Assembly (NCBI GenBank): GCA_942492995.1
Contig: OW818653.1
Span: 1,170,001-1,202,000, forward strand
Source of the DNA: an uncultured Erysipelotrichaceae bacterium
GTDB taxonomy: Bacteria > Bacillota_I > Bacilli_A > Erysipelotrichales > Erysipelotrichaceae
DNA length: 32,000 nucleotides
Direction of reading: 5' to 3'
Below the pieces are notes generated by a model that saw only the letters and a program-made list of their open reading frames with translations, did no database searches and was not told where the DNA came from. The position numbers and the translations under genes are program-made. Numbering within the stretch: the stretch's first letter is position 1; every line of letters begins with the position of its first letter. Positions 25,144 to 32,000 of this stretch are shown here, piece by piece.

Positions 25144-27162
25144 TTAACTCTTAAGATTAATATGACACAAGTCGATTTGTTCGTCATCAATAATATCAAT
25201 AAATATTTTCACGATACTTGGATCAAACTGAATATTTGAATTCATCACAATCTCTCTTTTAGCTTGTTCAAGTGACATAGCTCTTCGATAACTACGATCA
25301 GATGTCATCGCATCAAACGAATCCGCAATCGATATAATTCTAGAATAAACAGGAATATCTGTTCCTCTTAATCCCTTAGGATAACCTTTACCATCCCAAC
25401 GTTCATGATGCGCTAAAATATAATCCGCTATCTCTGAAAATTCATTCGCTGCGCTTAAGATACGATATCCAACTTCAGAATGTTTACGAATTAAGCTAAA
25501 TTCTTCTTCGTTTAAACGATCTGGTTTATTTAGTATTGAATCAGGAATTCCTATTTTACCAATATCATGCATTAACCCAGCAATCTTCAATTTAGACACA
25601 ATATTTGATTCTAAATTCATACGCTGTGCAATCTTCTCACAAATACTTGCGACACGTTTAGAGTGTTCCATTTCACGTGAATTCTTCTCATACAATGAAT
25701 TCATAATAATCTCTATCGTACGACTTAACATACTACTCGCATCGATCAATTTCTCACGACTTAATTTCATTTCCGCTTTATTTACGATACTCATTAAATT
25801 CTGTTGTTCAGAATTCTTAATCGCATACGCTAATGAAACAGATACTTTGATGTTTTGAATGGTTTCATTAATCATCGCATGATTGATTTGCGCCATGATA
25901 ATATCGATATACGCTTGTTGAACTTTCGTATAAATGATAATGAAATCACTTCCCCCAAATCGACAAAACATATCCGCATTATAGACAAGTGGTTTAATAA
26001 TTGACACAACTTTTTTAACCATTGTATCCCCGATTTCATAACCAAACGCATCGTTAATCAATTTAATCCCATTAATATCTATTTTTATGATTGTGATTGG
26101 ATAATTTTCAACCACATCAATTTTCGCAATATTTGATTCATAGAAATGTCGATTATTTAATCCTGTTGTTTGATCATGATAGGTTAAATAATGCATCATT
26201 TCTTCAGCTTTTTTACGTTCACTAACATCAATAACCGTACTCATAAATATATCTTCTTCATTGAAATTAATTCGTGAAACACTCACATTCGCCCAAAATG
26301 ATGTACGATCTTTTCGTACTAATGGTTTCTCTAAAGTATGATCAGATTCAATTTGACTTGAAACAACTTTCGTAAGTGCATAATCCTTATTAAACTCTGT
26401 TGTATCATTTAAATCACGAATGGAAAGTTTTAGGATTTCATCTGATGTATACCCAAACATTTGGTTAAAATATTCATTCGTATTGATAAATTGTCCATCA
26501 GAATTTAAATAACAGATTCCAATTTGTGCTTGTTCAAATAACGATCTAAATCTCTTTTCCGCAAAGCGAACTAAATGAAGTTGGTTGACTTGTTCACGTT
26601 GTATGATGAATAGTTTACCTACAACAACCGTTGTGATGGGGAATATTATCAAAAGTGGTACGAATGAATTCGCAAATGCACTCGCATAGTTACCATTAGA
26701 TAAGAACATGATATAAAACGTCATAATTAAATGAATGATTATTCCAAAAAGATAAAAATTTAATAATGAATATCTCTTTAAAAGTTTTGTGTCTATTTTT
26801 CTAAATAATAAACCAATTATTCCGCTTGTAACGATTATAAGTATCCCTACAAATGCCCCATTACCACCTAAGATTACTCGATAAATTATAAGAATTATCA
26901 TTAAGAAATAACTTGTTTTACCACCGAAAATATACGCAATTAATCCAACTAATATTGATCGTGTATCAATAAATAATCCACTGGAAGGAACATATGGAAA
27001 ACTCATGATTAACATGCCAATTACACCAAACAAAAAGGCATCGAGAATCTCTGAGGATTGATCATATGTCTCTTTTATATAGGTAGATACTTGAAAGAAA
27101 ATGGTAGAGGCGATTAACAAAGCCGCATTATCCACTATTATATGTAAATTACTTGCGCTCAT
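25144..27162 (-). CDS. Multidomain signalling protein: 5TMR-LYT membrane module / PAS / degenerate GGDEF (GGSDF) / HD-GYP
   Basis: N-terminal 5-6 TM helices of LytS-YhcK type. PAS block (FEQAQIGICYLNSDGQFINTNEYFNQMFGY...). GGDEF fold with YHDQTTGLNNR and FCRFGGSDF. HD-GYP signatures (MHDIGKIGIPDSILNKPDRLNEEEF, HHERWDGKGYPKGL). Confidence 0.85.
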   Translation of the reverse strand: MSASNLHIIVDNAALLIASTIFFQVSTYIKETYDQSSEILDAFLFGVIGMLIMSFPYVPSSGLFIDTRSILVGLIAYIFGGKTSYFLMIILIIYRVILGGNGAFVGILIIVTSGIIGLLFRKIDTKLLKRYSLLNFYLFGIIIHLIMTFYIMFLSNGNYASAFANSFVPLLIIFPITTVVVGKLFIIQREQVNQLHLVRFAEKRFRSLFEQAQIGICYLNSDGQFINTNEYFNQMFGYTSDEILKLSIRDLNDTTEFNKDYALTKVVSSQIESDHTLEKPLVRKDRTSFWANVSVSRINFNEEDIFMSTVIDVSERKKAEEMMHYLTYHDQTTGLNNRHFYESNIAKIDVVENYPITIIKIDINGIKLINDAFGYEIGDTMVKKVVSIIKPLVYNADMFCRFGGSDFIIIYTKVQQAYIDIIMAQINHAMINETIQNIKVSVSLAYAIKNSEQQNLMSIVNKAEMKLSREKLIDASSMLSRTIEIIMNSLYEKNSREMEHSKRVASICEKIAQRMNLESNIVSKLKIAGLMHDIGKIGIPDSILNKPDRLNEEEFSLIRKHSEVGYRILSAANEFSEIADYILAHHERWDGKGYPKGLRGTDIPVYSRIISIADSFDAMTSDRSYRRAMSLEQAKREIVMNSNIQFDPSIVKIFIDIIDDEQIDLCHINLKS

Positions 27163-27235
27163 TTAATACCTCTTTTTCACATTATTCGTTGAGTTTAATG
27201 GTACAGTATCTAGCAAGTAGAATCAAGGAAGTTCT

Positions 27236-27261
27236 AAAAAAAAGGACTATTTCTAGTCCTA
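27236..27261 (-). terminator. Rubrerythrin terminator
   Basis: Minus strand AGGACTA-GAAA-TAGTCCT followed by a T9 run. Confidence 0.75.
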
Positions 27262-27269
27262 TTTGCATA

Positions 27270-27806
27270 TTAATAATTTTTTTCGTCCATCGCGAAATGC
27301 GCATGACTTTCGCCACATACTGGGCATACACTTGGAGCGTTGTTCGCTTCAACTTGATAACCACAGACATCACATTCCCAAACAACTTTTTCATCTTTTT
27401 TGAAGACTTTATTATCTTCAATATTCTTAACTAAATCTTTATAACGCGCTTCATGACGAGCTTCAATTTTTCCAACTTCTTTCATCAAGAACGCAATTTT
27501 CTTGAATCCTTCTTCTTCCGCATCTTTTGCGAAATCAACATACATTGTTGTCCATTCATAATGCTCACCAGCAGCCGCATCTTTTAAATTTTCTGTTGTT
27601 GTTGGTAATCCATCATGTAAGAATTTAAACCATAAGAATGCATGTTCTTGTTCGTTACGAGCTGTTTCTTTGAAGAAATCAGCGATTTGTTCATAACCTT
27701 CTTCACGTGCTTTCATTGAGTAGAATGTATACTTTGTGTTAGCCATTGATTCGCCAGCGAATGCGGCTTGTAAATTCTTTTCTGTTTTAGTTCCTTTAAG
27801 TTCCAT
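27270..27806 (-). CDS. rbr: Rubrerythrin (N-terminal diiron four-helix bundle, C-terminal rubredoxin-like domain)
   Basis: TEKNLQAAFAGESMANTKY, two E-x-x-H motifs (NEQEHA, IEARHE), and the C-terminal CDVCG...CPVCG. I prefer ATG 27806 (MELKGTKTEKNL) with an AAAGG SD over 27821. Confidence 0.9.
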   Translation of the reverse strand: MELKGTKTEKNLQAAFAGESMANTKYTFYSMKAREEGYEQIADFFKETARNEQEHAFLWFKFLHDGLPTTTENLKDAAAGEHYEWTTMYVDFAKDAEEEGFKKIAFLMKEVGKIEARHEARYKDLVKNIEDNKVFKKDEKVVWECDVCGYQVEANNAPSVCPVCGESHAHFAMDEKNY

Positions 27807-27833
27807 TGTAATACCTTTCATTTAACTACATTT

Positions 27834-27860
27834 ATTATAGTAGTTTATACACTTATAAAC
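27834..27860 (-). promoter_or_regulatory. rbr promoter (TATAAT) preceded by perfect 7-4-7 palindrome GTTTATA-AGTG-TATAAAC
   Basis: Palindrome at 27860..27843, 3 nt upstream of TATAAT (27839..27834). It occupies the -35/spacer region. It is an AT-rich Fur/PerR-like inverted repeat. Confidence 0.4.
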
Positions 27861-27868
27861 AATGCCTA

Positions 27869-27887
27869 ATTAGGAATTATTCCTAAT
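27869..27887. repeat. Perfect 9-1-9 inverted repeat ATTAGGAAT-T-ATTCCTAAT directly after the SIS gene stop
   Basis: Seen directly. It has no strong U-tract (TAGGCATTGTTTAT follows on the minus strand). It is either a weak terminator or a protein-binding site. Confidence 0.4.
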
Positions 27888-27888
27888 A

Positions 27889-28632
27889 TCAATTCATATA
27901 GAATATATTTTTATGATACTTTTCCATTAAGAGTTTATTGTGTTCATCTCCACCATCAATATTAGCGCTATGGAATACAGGCACTTCTATATTATGATCT
28001 AAAAGTTTGCGTGCAACTTCGATGGATAAGCTATTTACTATGAATGCCCCTGTGACAGTTGATGTAGGACCCATCTTTTGACTCATCCCATTAAGCGTAT
28101 AACTAGAGTCTTCAAATTCTCCACAATTATCAATCACGACATCGCCACAATCCATTAGTTTCTTATGACTAGAGTGTCGACTTGTGACTTGATTCGTATA
28201 CGATACATTGGTTATTACGATTACTTTTAAGCCTAAACGATGTGCTTCGATTGCCATATCAATGGTCACCGCATTACGACCTGATACAGAATGTAAAATG
28301 AGGACATCCCCTGCTTTAACTGGCGCATTTCTAAGAATTAATGTGCCGAAACCTTCTAATCGTTCAATATCACTCGTTAAAGTAGCTGGTCTAATATTAG
28401 ACATCAAATCTGCCGCAAAGATTGGATTAATATTTACTAATCCACCCGTACGGTAAAATAACTCCATCGCCAACATACCTGCATGCGATGCCCCAAACGC
28501 AAAGATTGAATTCTGACTCATGATAGCCTGCGTCATTAACTCAGCTGCTTGATCAATTGATTGCGATTGTGTCTCACTTACACGTTTAATCAATTCTACT
28601 AAATGATCTCCATAATTCTGGTAATCCTTCAT
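27889..28632 (-). CDS. SIS domain protein (UPF0309-type sugar-phosphate isomerase/binding fold)
   Basis: 247 aa. FAFGASHAGMLAMELFYRTGG and DVLILHSVSGRNAVTIDMA are typical SIS nucleotide-fold blocks. Confidence 0.75.
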   Translation of the reverse strand: MKDYQNYGDHLVELIKRVSETQSQSIDQAAELMTQAIMSQNSIFAFGASHAGMLAMELFYRTGGLVNINPIFAADLMSNIRPATLTSDIERLEGFGTLILRNAPVKAGDVLILHSVSGRNAVTIDMAIEAHRLGLKVIVITNVSYTNQVTSRHSSHKKLMDCGDVVIDNCGEFEDSSYTLNGMSQKMGPTSTVTGAFIVNSLSIEVARKLLDHNIEVPVFHSANIDGGDEHNKLLMEKYHKNIFYMN

Positions 28633-28653
28633 AGTTTTCTCCTTATATTCGGT

Positions 28654-29466
28654 TTAATCGATTGTATATGGAATTGGTTTCATTTTATCGAATCGATATA
28701 ATTCAGTAAAACCAATTTCTTTTAATTGAATAATTATCTCTTCAAAATGATCTTTTAAATTCTCTATCTTATGGGTATCTGATCCCATTGTAAGTAATCT
28801 TCCACCTAATTCATAATATCTTTTTAAGATTAAAGTGGAAGGTGTTAAATCGGGTAAATTGTAACGATAACTCGATGTATTTACTTCTAATCCTTTATTC
28901 TTTTCAATCAAACGTTTTAATATTCGATCGATAATATCCATACTATGTGAATCATCCAATACTCCATTTTGATCATAACGTTTTATCACATCCAAATGAC
29001 CCATTACACTAAAGTCATCAAATTGATCGACTAATTGATATAGGTATTCGTAATAACCACGATTGTATTCGATTTGTGTTTTTGATTCTTGGTATTGGTT
29101 TAACCATAATTCTTTATTATCAATTTGGTGACAACTCAATAAGATAAAGTCAAAATCATAGTTCTTCATATCATCTCTATAACGATCAATGGTATGGAGT
29201 TGTACACCAAATTCTAGTCCTAATTTTATCGTAATCTTTTCTTTATAAAGTTCATTCAATCGATTGTATTCTTTGATAAACTCTGGATAATCTACTTCTT
29301 GTTTATCAACATATTGGTTTTTCACACCATAATCTACATGGTCTGTAAAACATATTTCATCCAATCCAAGTTCAATTGATCGGATGATAATTTCTTCCAT
29401 GGTTAATTTAGAATCGACACTAAAATTGGAATGAATGTGGTAATCAGCTCTCATCTTTATCTCCAT
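28654..29466 (-). CDS. PHP-domain phosphatase, HisJ (histidinol-phosphatase) family
   Basis: DYHIHSNFSVDS, CFTDHVDY, GHLD and GSDTH give the PHP metal ligands in canonical order. 270 aa. Confidence 0.8.
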   Translation of the reverse strand: MEIKMRADYHIHSNFSVDSKLTMEEIIIRSIELGLDEICFTDHVDYGVKNQYVDKQEVDYPEFIKEYNRLNELYKEKITIKLGLEFGVQLHTIDRYRDDMKNYDFDFILLSCHQIDNKELWLNQYQESKTQIEYNRGYYEYLYQLVDQFDDFSVMGHLDVIKRYDQNGVLDDSHSMDIIDRILKRLIEKNKGLEVNTSSYRYNLPDLTPSTLILKRYYELGGRLLTMGSDTHKIENLKDHFEEIIIQLKEIGFTELYRFDKMKPIPYTID

Positions 29467-30232
29467 ATAGTATTTGATTTAAGTTTTGGTATAATTCAGG
29501 ACTACTTGTCGCAAATAAGAATACTGATTTTACATTAAGTTCTTGGTGCTCTTCAAACGGTAGATACGTACGACCACCAACTTCTTTTAAGACGATTCTA
29601 GATGCCGCAAAATCCCAAATCTTTAAATGACTTGATATATATATATCATGTAGTCCTCGTGCAATCTGACACATACTAATTGCGGCAGATCCGATATTGC
29701 GATGCGCAAATACTTGTTGGGATAATAATTTTACATTCGCATCGTATTTTTCTTGTAAAGTATAAAGTGTTTTAAGATTCATATCTAAAACAGATTGATT
29801 CATTGTACGAACTGGTAAATAACTCATTTTCACTTTATTTAGATATGCCCCAACGCCTGTAATACCTAAATATAAATCATCTTTTACAACATCATAGACA
29901 AACCCAAACAATGGTTTCTCATATTCATAATAGGCAATGGATATCGCAAAATCTTCTTTACGTCGAAAGAAGTTCTTTGTCCCATCAATTGGATCAATAA
30001 TCCACATTTTATCAGTAAAGATATGTTCAACACTTTCTTCACCTAAAACATGTGTATCAGGAAATGCGTCAGTTAGTGATTTGATCAATGTATCTTGTAC
30101 TAAAATATCTAAATCTGTAACGATATTATCAAATTCATTATCTTTAACAATTACTTCATGTATTGTTTTACTTAATACTAATTGTCGTATTTCTGGTAAT
30201 AACTTCTCTAAGAACTCTATTTTTTCTCTCAT
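29444..30232 (-). CDS. Inositol monophosphatase (IMPase/SuhB) family phosphatase
   Basis: GEES, WIIDPIDGTKNF and WDFAAS motifs. 262 aa. The 3' end overlaps the PHP gene by 23 nt. Confidence 0.85.
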   Translation of the reverse strand: MREKIEFLEKLLPEIRQLVLSKTIHEVIVKDNEFDNIVTDLDILVQDTLIKSLTDAFPDTHVLGEESVEHIFTDKMWIIDPIDGTKNFFRRKEDFAISIAYYEYEKPLFGFVYDVVKDDLYLGITGVGAYLNKVKMSYLPVRTMNQSVLDMNLKTLYTLQEKYDANVKLLSQQVFAHRNIGSAAISMCQIARGLHDIYISSHLKIWDFAASRIVLKEVGGRTYLPFEEHQELNVKSVFLFATSSPELYQNLNQILYGDKDES

Positions 30233-30257
30233 CGTTTAAACCTCATATTCTATTGTA

Positions 30258-31508
30258 TCAAATCATTCTCTTATTTCGTCGTATTTGCTTAATTTCACTT
30301 ATTAAACTTTCAATGAATCGTTCACCTTCACCTTTAACAAATAAACTCGTTAATCCTTCATAGGTATTTTCATATGATTCTTCATCTACACAATAGCCAA
30401 TTGATGTATTCGTTAATCCAAATAATATTATTGGATGATCTACTTGTTTTTTTAAGCTTAAGTATAAACTTGAAAATAATTCCATCGGTACACAACATAT
30501 TATTATTTCATCCAGATCGATAATCGAATATTCTATTTCTTGAACATTAGAAATATCCATTTGTAGTCGATGTTCTAATACAGTATTTGTCGCGTTTAGG
30601 AGTTTGAGTGCATCTTGATTTGATGTCGTTTGAATTAACTCTTTATTTAATTGAATCGCGTCTTCAATTCTACTTTTATCGTTCGAACAAATGAAATCAA
30701 ACTTTTTTTGATAAAGTACAAATTCAGAGATATTTAATAATCTCGAATCTAATTGAATTGGAATCTGATTCAATATGCCATTTCCTGTTCGAATTAGTTC
30801 TAATTCATCCGAACTAAGTCGATAATGGCGATTGCTTATATCACCTTCTGCCCCATTTGTCATTATGACGGGACAATTATATCGTTCTTCTAAACCTTGA
30901 CGAATTATACCCATTAAATCAGAGCTTATTTTTGTGTTTTGTGCACCAAGAATTGTTGGATGACAAGCTAAATTAACTAATAGTGCAATAGTCTTATCAT
31001 CATGATTAAATTGAACAATTCTTATATTCTTATCACTTAGCTTATTCGGATCATTTCGATTCCCATAATATCCATCAATCGAAATTTCAGAATAACTTAA
31101 TGAACATTCTATTAGATTATCTAGACTTTCTTTTACACTATTTAAGCTAATATCAACTAAGAAATCTAAGTAACTTTCTTGAACTTCTGATTCTGTTTTA
31201 ATCCCAAATAGACCATCACGTAATACTTCTGGACCTGCATGTGTATGACTTGGTATCGTAAAGATATGTGATTTTAAAATGCGAGTATTAATTGAAATAC
31301 TATCTCGAATTCGATTCGATAAATACTCATCAAACTGTAAGAGATCATATGCGATAAAACACATTAATTCATTATTTATTTCTAGAACGAGTGATGTGCA
31401 ATAAATCGTGTCTAAAATATCCGTATGTTTACTTATCCTATTTATTTGACCGGATAAGTAACTTGGGATAATTGGATTGATATTTTTCTTAATTATTGAA
31501 ACGCGCAT
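30258..31508 (-). CDS. Cytosolic neutral/alkaline-ceramidase-N-terminal-domain-like hydrolase (function unknown)
   Basis: The pattern V-x-I-x-x-x-I-x-P...L-S-G, D-x-I-Y-x-x-x-L-V-L, IPSHTHAGPE, NLACHPTIL and NGAEGDISNRH parallels the conserved blocks HTHSGP / HPT / GDVSPN of the ceramidase_alk family. No signal peptide. I prefer ATG 31508 (GAGAGG SD) over GTG 31520. The family call is by eye only. Confidence 0.5.
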   Translation of the reverse strand: MRVSIIKKNINPIIPSYLSGQINRISKHTDILDTIYCTSLVLEINNELMCFIAYDLLQFDEYLSNRIRDSISINTRILKSHIFTIPSHTHAGPEVLRDGLFGIKTESEVQESYLDFLVDISLNSVKESLDNLIECSLSYSEISIDGYYGNRNDPNKLSDKNIRIVQFNHDDKTIALLVNLACHPTILGAQNTKISSDLMGIIRQGLEERYNCPVIMTNGAEGDISNRHYRLSSDELELIRTGNGILNQIPIQLDSRLLNISEFVLYQKKFDFICSNDKSRIEDAIQLNKELIQTTSNQDALKLLNATNTVLEHRLQMDISNVQEIEYSIIDLDEIIICCVPMELFSSLYLSLKKQVDHPIILFGLTNTSIGYCVDEESYENTYEGLTSLFVKGEGERFIESLISEIKQIRRNKRMI

Positions 31509-31527
31509 AGGACCTCTCACATTAAAT

Positions 31528-31555
31528 AGGAAAAGGAATCTCGTTTGAGATTCCT
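31528..31555 (-). terminator. Intra-cluster hairpin (attenuator/terminator) between PTS IID and the downstream enzyme genes
   Basis: Minus strand AGGAATCTC-AAAC-GAGATTCCT followed by TTTCCTATTT. Confidence 0.45.
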
Positions 31556-31578
31556 GATTGGAAGGGAGTTTATTATGA

Positions 31579-32000
31579 TTAGAATAAACCTAAGAAGCCA
31601 CCAACTAAGCCTAAGACTAAGAGAAGTGCGATACACTTAACTGCAGACCAGTTCTTATTTTTGATGAGCCAGTATAAACCTAATGTTAATCCAAGAGGAA
31701 TAAGTTTAGGTAAAATACCATCTAAGATTGTTTGTAAAACAATAGGACTTTCACCGTTAGGAATCGTTAGAGCGATTGTTGTACCACCGTATAGGGAGGT
31801 AAGGGCACCAACAACCAAGATACCTAAGATAGAAGCAGCACGTGTAAATTCTTTTGCGTTACGCGTGATTGCTTCAATTGCTTTAGTACCTAGATTATAG
31901 GACCAGTGCATTAACCAATAACGTACGCCAAATTGTACAACGTTAAACATTAATAAGAATACGATAGGACCAGCGATACTGCCATCAAGAGCCATATTAG
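31579..32000 (-). CDS. PTS mannose/fructose/sorbose-family IID component, C-terminal part (gene continues beyond 32000)
   Basis: GPIVFLLMFNVVQFGVRYWLMHWSYNLGTKAIE plus the C-terminal TM helices are typical of ManZ-type IID proteins. The reading frame stays open to the window edge. Confidence 0.85.
   Translation of the reverse strand, partial: NMALDGSIAGPIVFLLMFNVVQFGVRYWLMHWSYNLGTKAIEAITRNAKEFTRAASILGILVVGALTSLYGGTTIALTIPNGESPIVLQTILDGILPKLIPLGLTLGLYWLIKNKNWSAVKCIALLLVLGLVGGFLGLF

Noticed and set aside
27153-27434. ORFs 27153..27434 (+) and 27182..27421 (-) spanning the rbr 3' end and terminator
   Set aside because: Both run across a clear rho-independent terminator (27236..27261) and overlap the rubredoxin-like domain of rubrerythrin in other frames. 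They are not credible genes.
28208-30363. Plus-strand ORFs 28208..28456, 29937..30239 and 30163..30363, and 31661..31900
   Set aside because: They are antisense to the SIS, IMPase, ceramidase-like and PTS IID genes. Their composition is low-complexity and they have no signals.
1-32000. Alternative genetic code (UGA=Trp, Mollicutes-like), considered because of the very AT-rich sequence and lipoprotein-rich content
   Set aside because: Several well-conserved genes end at TGA exactly where the homologous families end (RR at 6984..6986, SIS protein at 27889..27891). No conserved protein needs read-through of an in-frame TGA.

Overview
AT-rich, gene-dense chromosomal segment of Bacillota (Firmicutes) type. 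It uses the standard code: TGA acts as a stop, for example at 6984..6986 and 27889..27891. I found no rRNA, tRNA, CRISPR array, transposase or prophage block. Most genes lie on the minus strand, apart from one plus-strand island (6.2-12 kb) and two single genes.

Gene content, left to right:
- a partial lipoprotein gene and an acyltransferase-3-like membrane protein
- a minus-strand row pflB-pflA-DUF5131-ArAE/FUSC-like membrane protein
- an OmpR-type two-component system followed by a VTC (polyphosphate-polymerase tunnel) / DUF4956 membrane protein / three-lipoprotein operon, the last product being a Cthe_2159-like beta-helix protein
- an aldo-keto reductase and an NfsA-like nitroreductase
- a guanine-riboswitch-controlled NCS2 purine permease
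- a MarR / FMN-binding / flavodoxin operon
- a TM-GAF-HD-GYP protein, an MBL hydrolase and an orphan NuoE-like 2Fe-2S protein
- a Met-T-box-controlled metNIQ operon
- a 5TMR-LYT/PAS/degenerate-GGDEF/HD-GYP sensor followed by an MFS transporter and a cytosolic 5'-nucleotidase-family gene
- rubrerythrin
- the distal part of a mannose-family PTS cluster: IID, a ceramidase-like hydrolase, an IMPase, a PHP phosphatase and a SIS/UPF0309 protein

The best candidate for an undescribed system is the TCS-controlled VTC/DUF4956/exported-protein operon. An 11-bp-phased direct repeat (TTTGCGTCA) occurs in front of both the TCS and this operon.

Other points worth a second look:
- a recurrent -10 box placed 6-7 nt before an ATG, the geometry expected for leaderless mRNAs, at five genes
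- the unusual enzyme set attached to the PTS
- the HD-GYP/MFS/nucleotidase operon

All family assignments come from motif recognition by eye. No searches were run.
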